From Nemertoderma westbladi (Eukaryota > Animalia > Xenacoelomorpha), in the NCBI GenBank assembly GCA_032718475.1, contig JAUCBJ010001394.1, positions 1 to 49,108 on the forward strand: DNA of 49,108 nt. The letters are read 5' to 3'. This document shows positions 48,276-49,108 of the stretch, one piece after another (position 1 is the first letter of the stretch; every line of letters begins with the position of its first letter). The position numbers and the translations under genes are program-made. Under the pieces are notes generated by a model. The model did no database searches. It was not told the origin of the DNA and saw only the letters and a list, made by a program, of their open reading frames with translations.

Positions 48276-48495
48276 ATGTCCGTAACTATGAGATTCTGCT
48301 ACGCATTATGTGTGCTTCTGTGTGCCAGTTCCACAATGCGCCGTGTGGCGGCGCACGTAGACGGGGCTCAGTCGACCTCCTGCAAGAGAGATATGGACCA
48401 TGCCGGGGTTGCTAGGCAACAGGGTGACAACGGATATTTTCTGCACGTAGAGGGAGCTGATTCAGGGAACTATAAGGCCAATATGGATTATACAG
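48276..48495 (+). CDS. First coding exon of a secreted protein, probably reeler-domain (F-spondin/reelin-like N-terminus); gene continues beyond the window
   Basis: Signal-peptide-like MRFCYALCVLLCASS; then GAQSTSC...H...QGDNGYFLHVEG...YKANMDYT resembling a reeler domain start; GC-rich island ending at CAG|GTAAC (phase 1). Confidence 0.6.
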
Positions 48496-49108
48496 GTAAC
48501 TGCCAAGAGACTACTATATATAGAATATGTGGGGATACGGGCAGTTGGGACCCGCACAATTTGTCCCCCGAAGAATTATTATATTCAACTATTTTGTTGA
48601 TTTTTTTTATAATTTGTTTTAGAACGATCGACATTAAAAAATAATATTGAAATTTTGTAGTAACGCAGTATTAAATATTATTTATTATAATAATACAAGA
48701 AGTGTCGTAACTACAGTAGATACATTTTTTTAGTTATTCTAGACTAGTTTTTGAGTTTACAATTAATTAATTGTACGTTTTTATCTATTTATTCTATGGT
48801 TCCGAAAGTCCAGACGTGCCAATAATTGTTATACAGTATGTACAATATAACGTGCGGGTGGGTGATACCCTATTAGAGAGTAATAATTGAATCTAATAAA
48901 GGACCTGAAAGGGTTTTTTCCCCTGGGACAGCAAATGAAAGGGTTGGCGCCATCGCTGCCTTCTTAGGAAACAGCCAAGAGAGAGGAGCCTTCGGTTTGC
49001 CACCGTTGTTTCGTGTTTCACAAGTTCATAAAAAAACGATCTAATTTTATATATTTCGACGTATTTAAATGGTTAGTTAGGCTACCGGGTATGGAATTTA
49101 TGACTTCA

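Noticed and set aside
48496-48644. 3' extension of the 122-aa ORF
   Set aside because: Follows a CAG|GTAAC donor and drifts into AT-rich sequence, so probably intron read-through

Overview
AT-rich, repeat-dense animal (probably bilaterian invertebrate) nuclear DNA, not prokaryotic. The main content is one complete 6-exon polypeptide N-acetylgalactosaminyltransferase gene (GALNT7/10-like, + strand, 15883..43028, 596 aa when spliced) and the first coding exon of a probable reeler-domain secreted protein (48276..48495). The first 10 kb is a head-to-tail trio of non-autonomous Helitrons carrying a 146-bp tandem repeat with one CTCF-like motif per unit; one copy holds a CR1-group LINE. There are also several RTE-type LINE relics, nested MITE/hAT elements and many minisatellites. 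Most striking, introns 3 and 4 of the GALNT gene are filled with tandem arrays built from the splice junctions themselves: a 33-bp exon-end plus donor unit giving 7 in-frame donors, and a 34-bp acceptor plus exon-start unit giving many AG|GT ratchet-like sites. The giant ORFs in the supplied track are artefacts of these tandem repeats. All coordinates were read by eye, and family assignments come from remembered motifs, not database searches.
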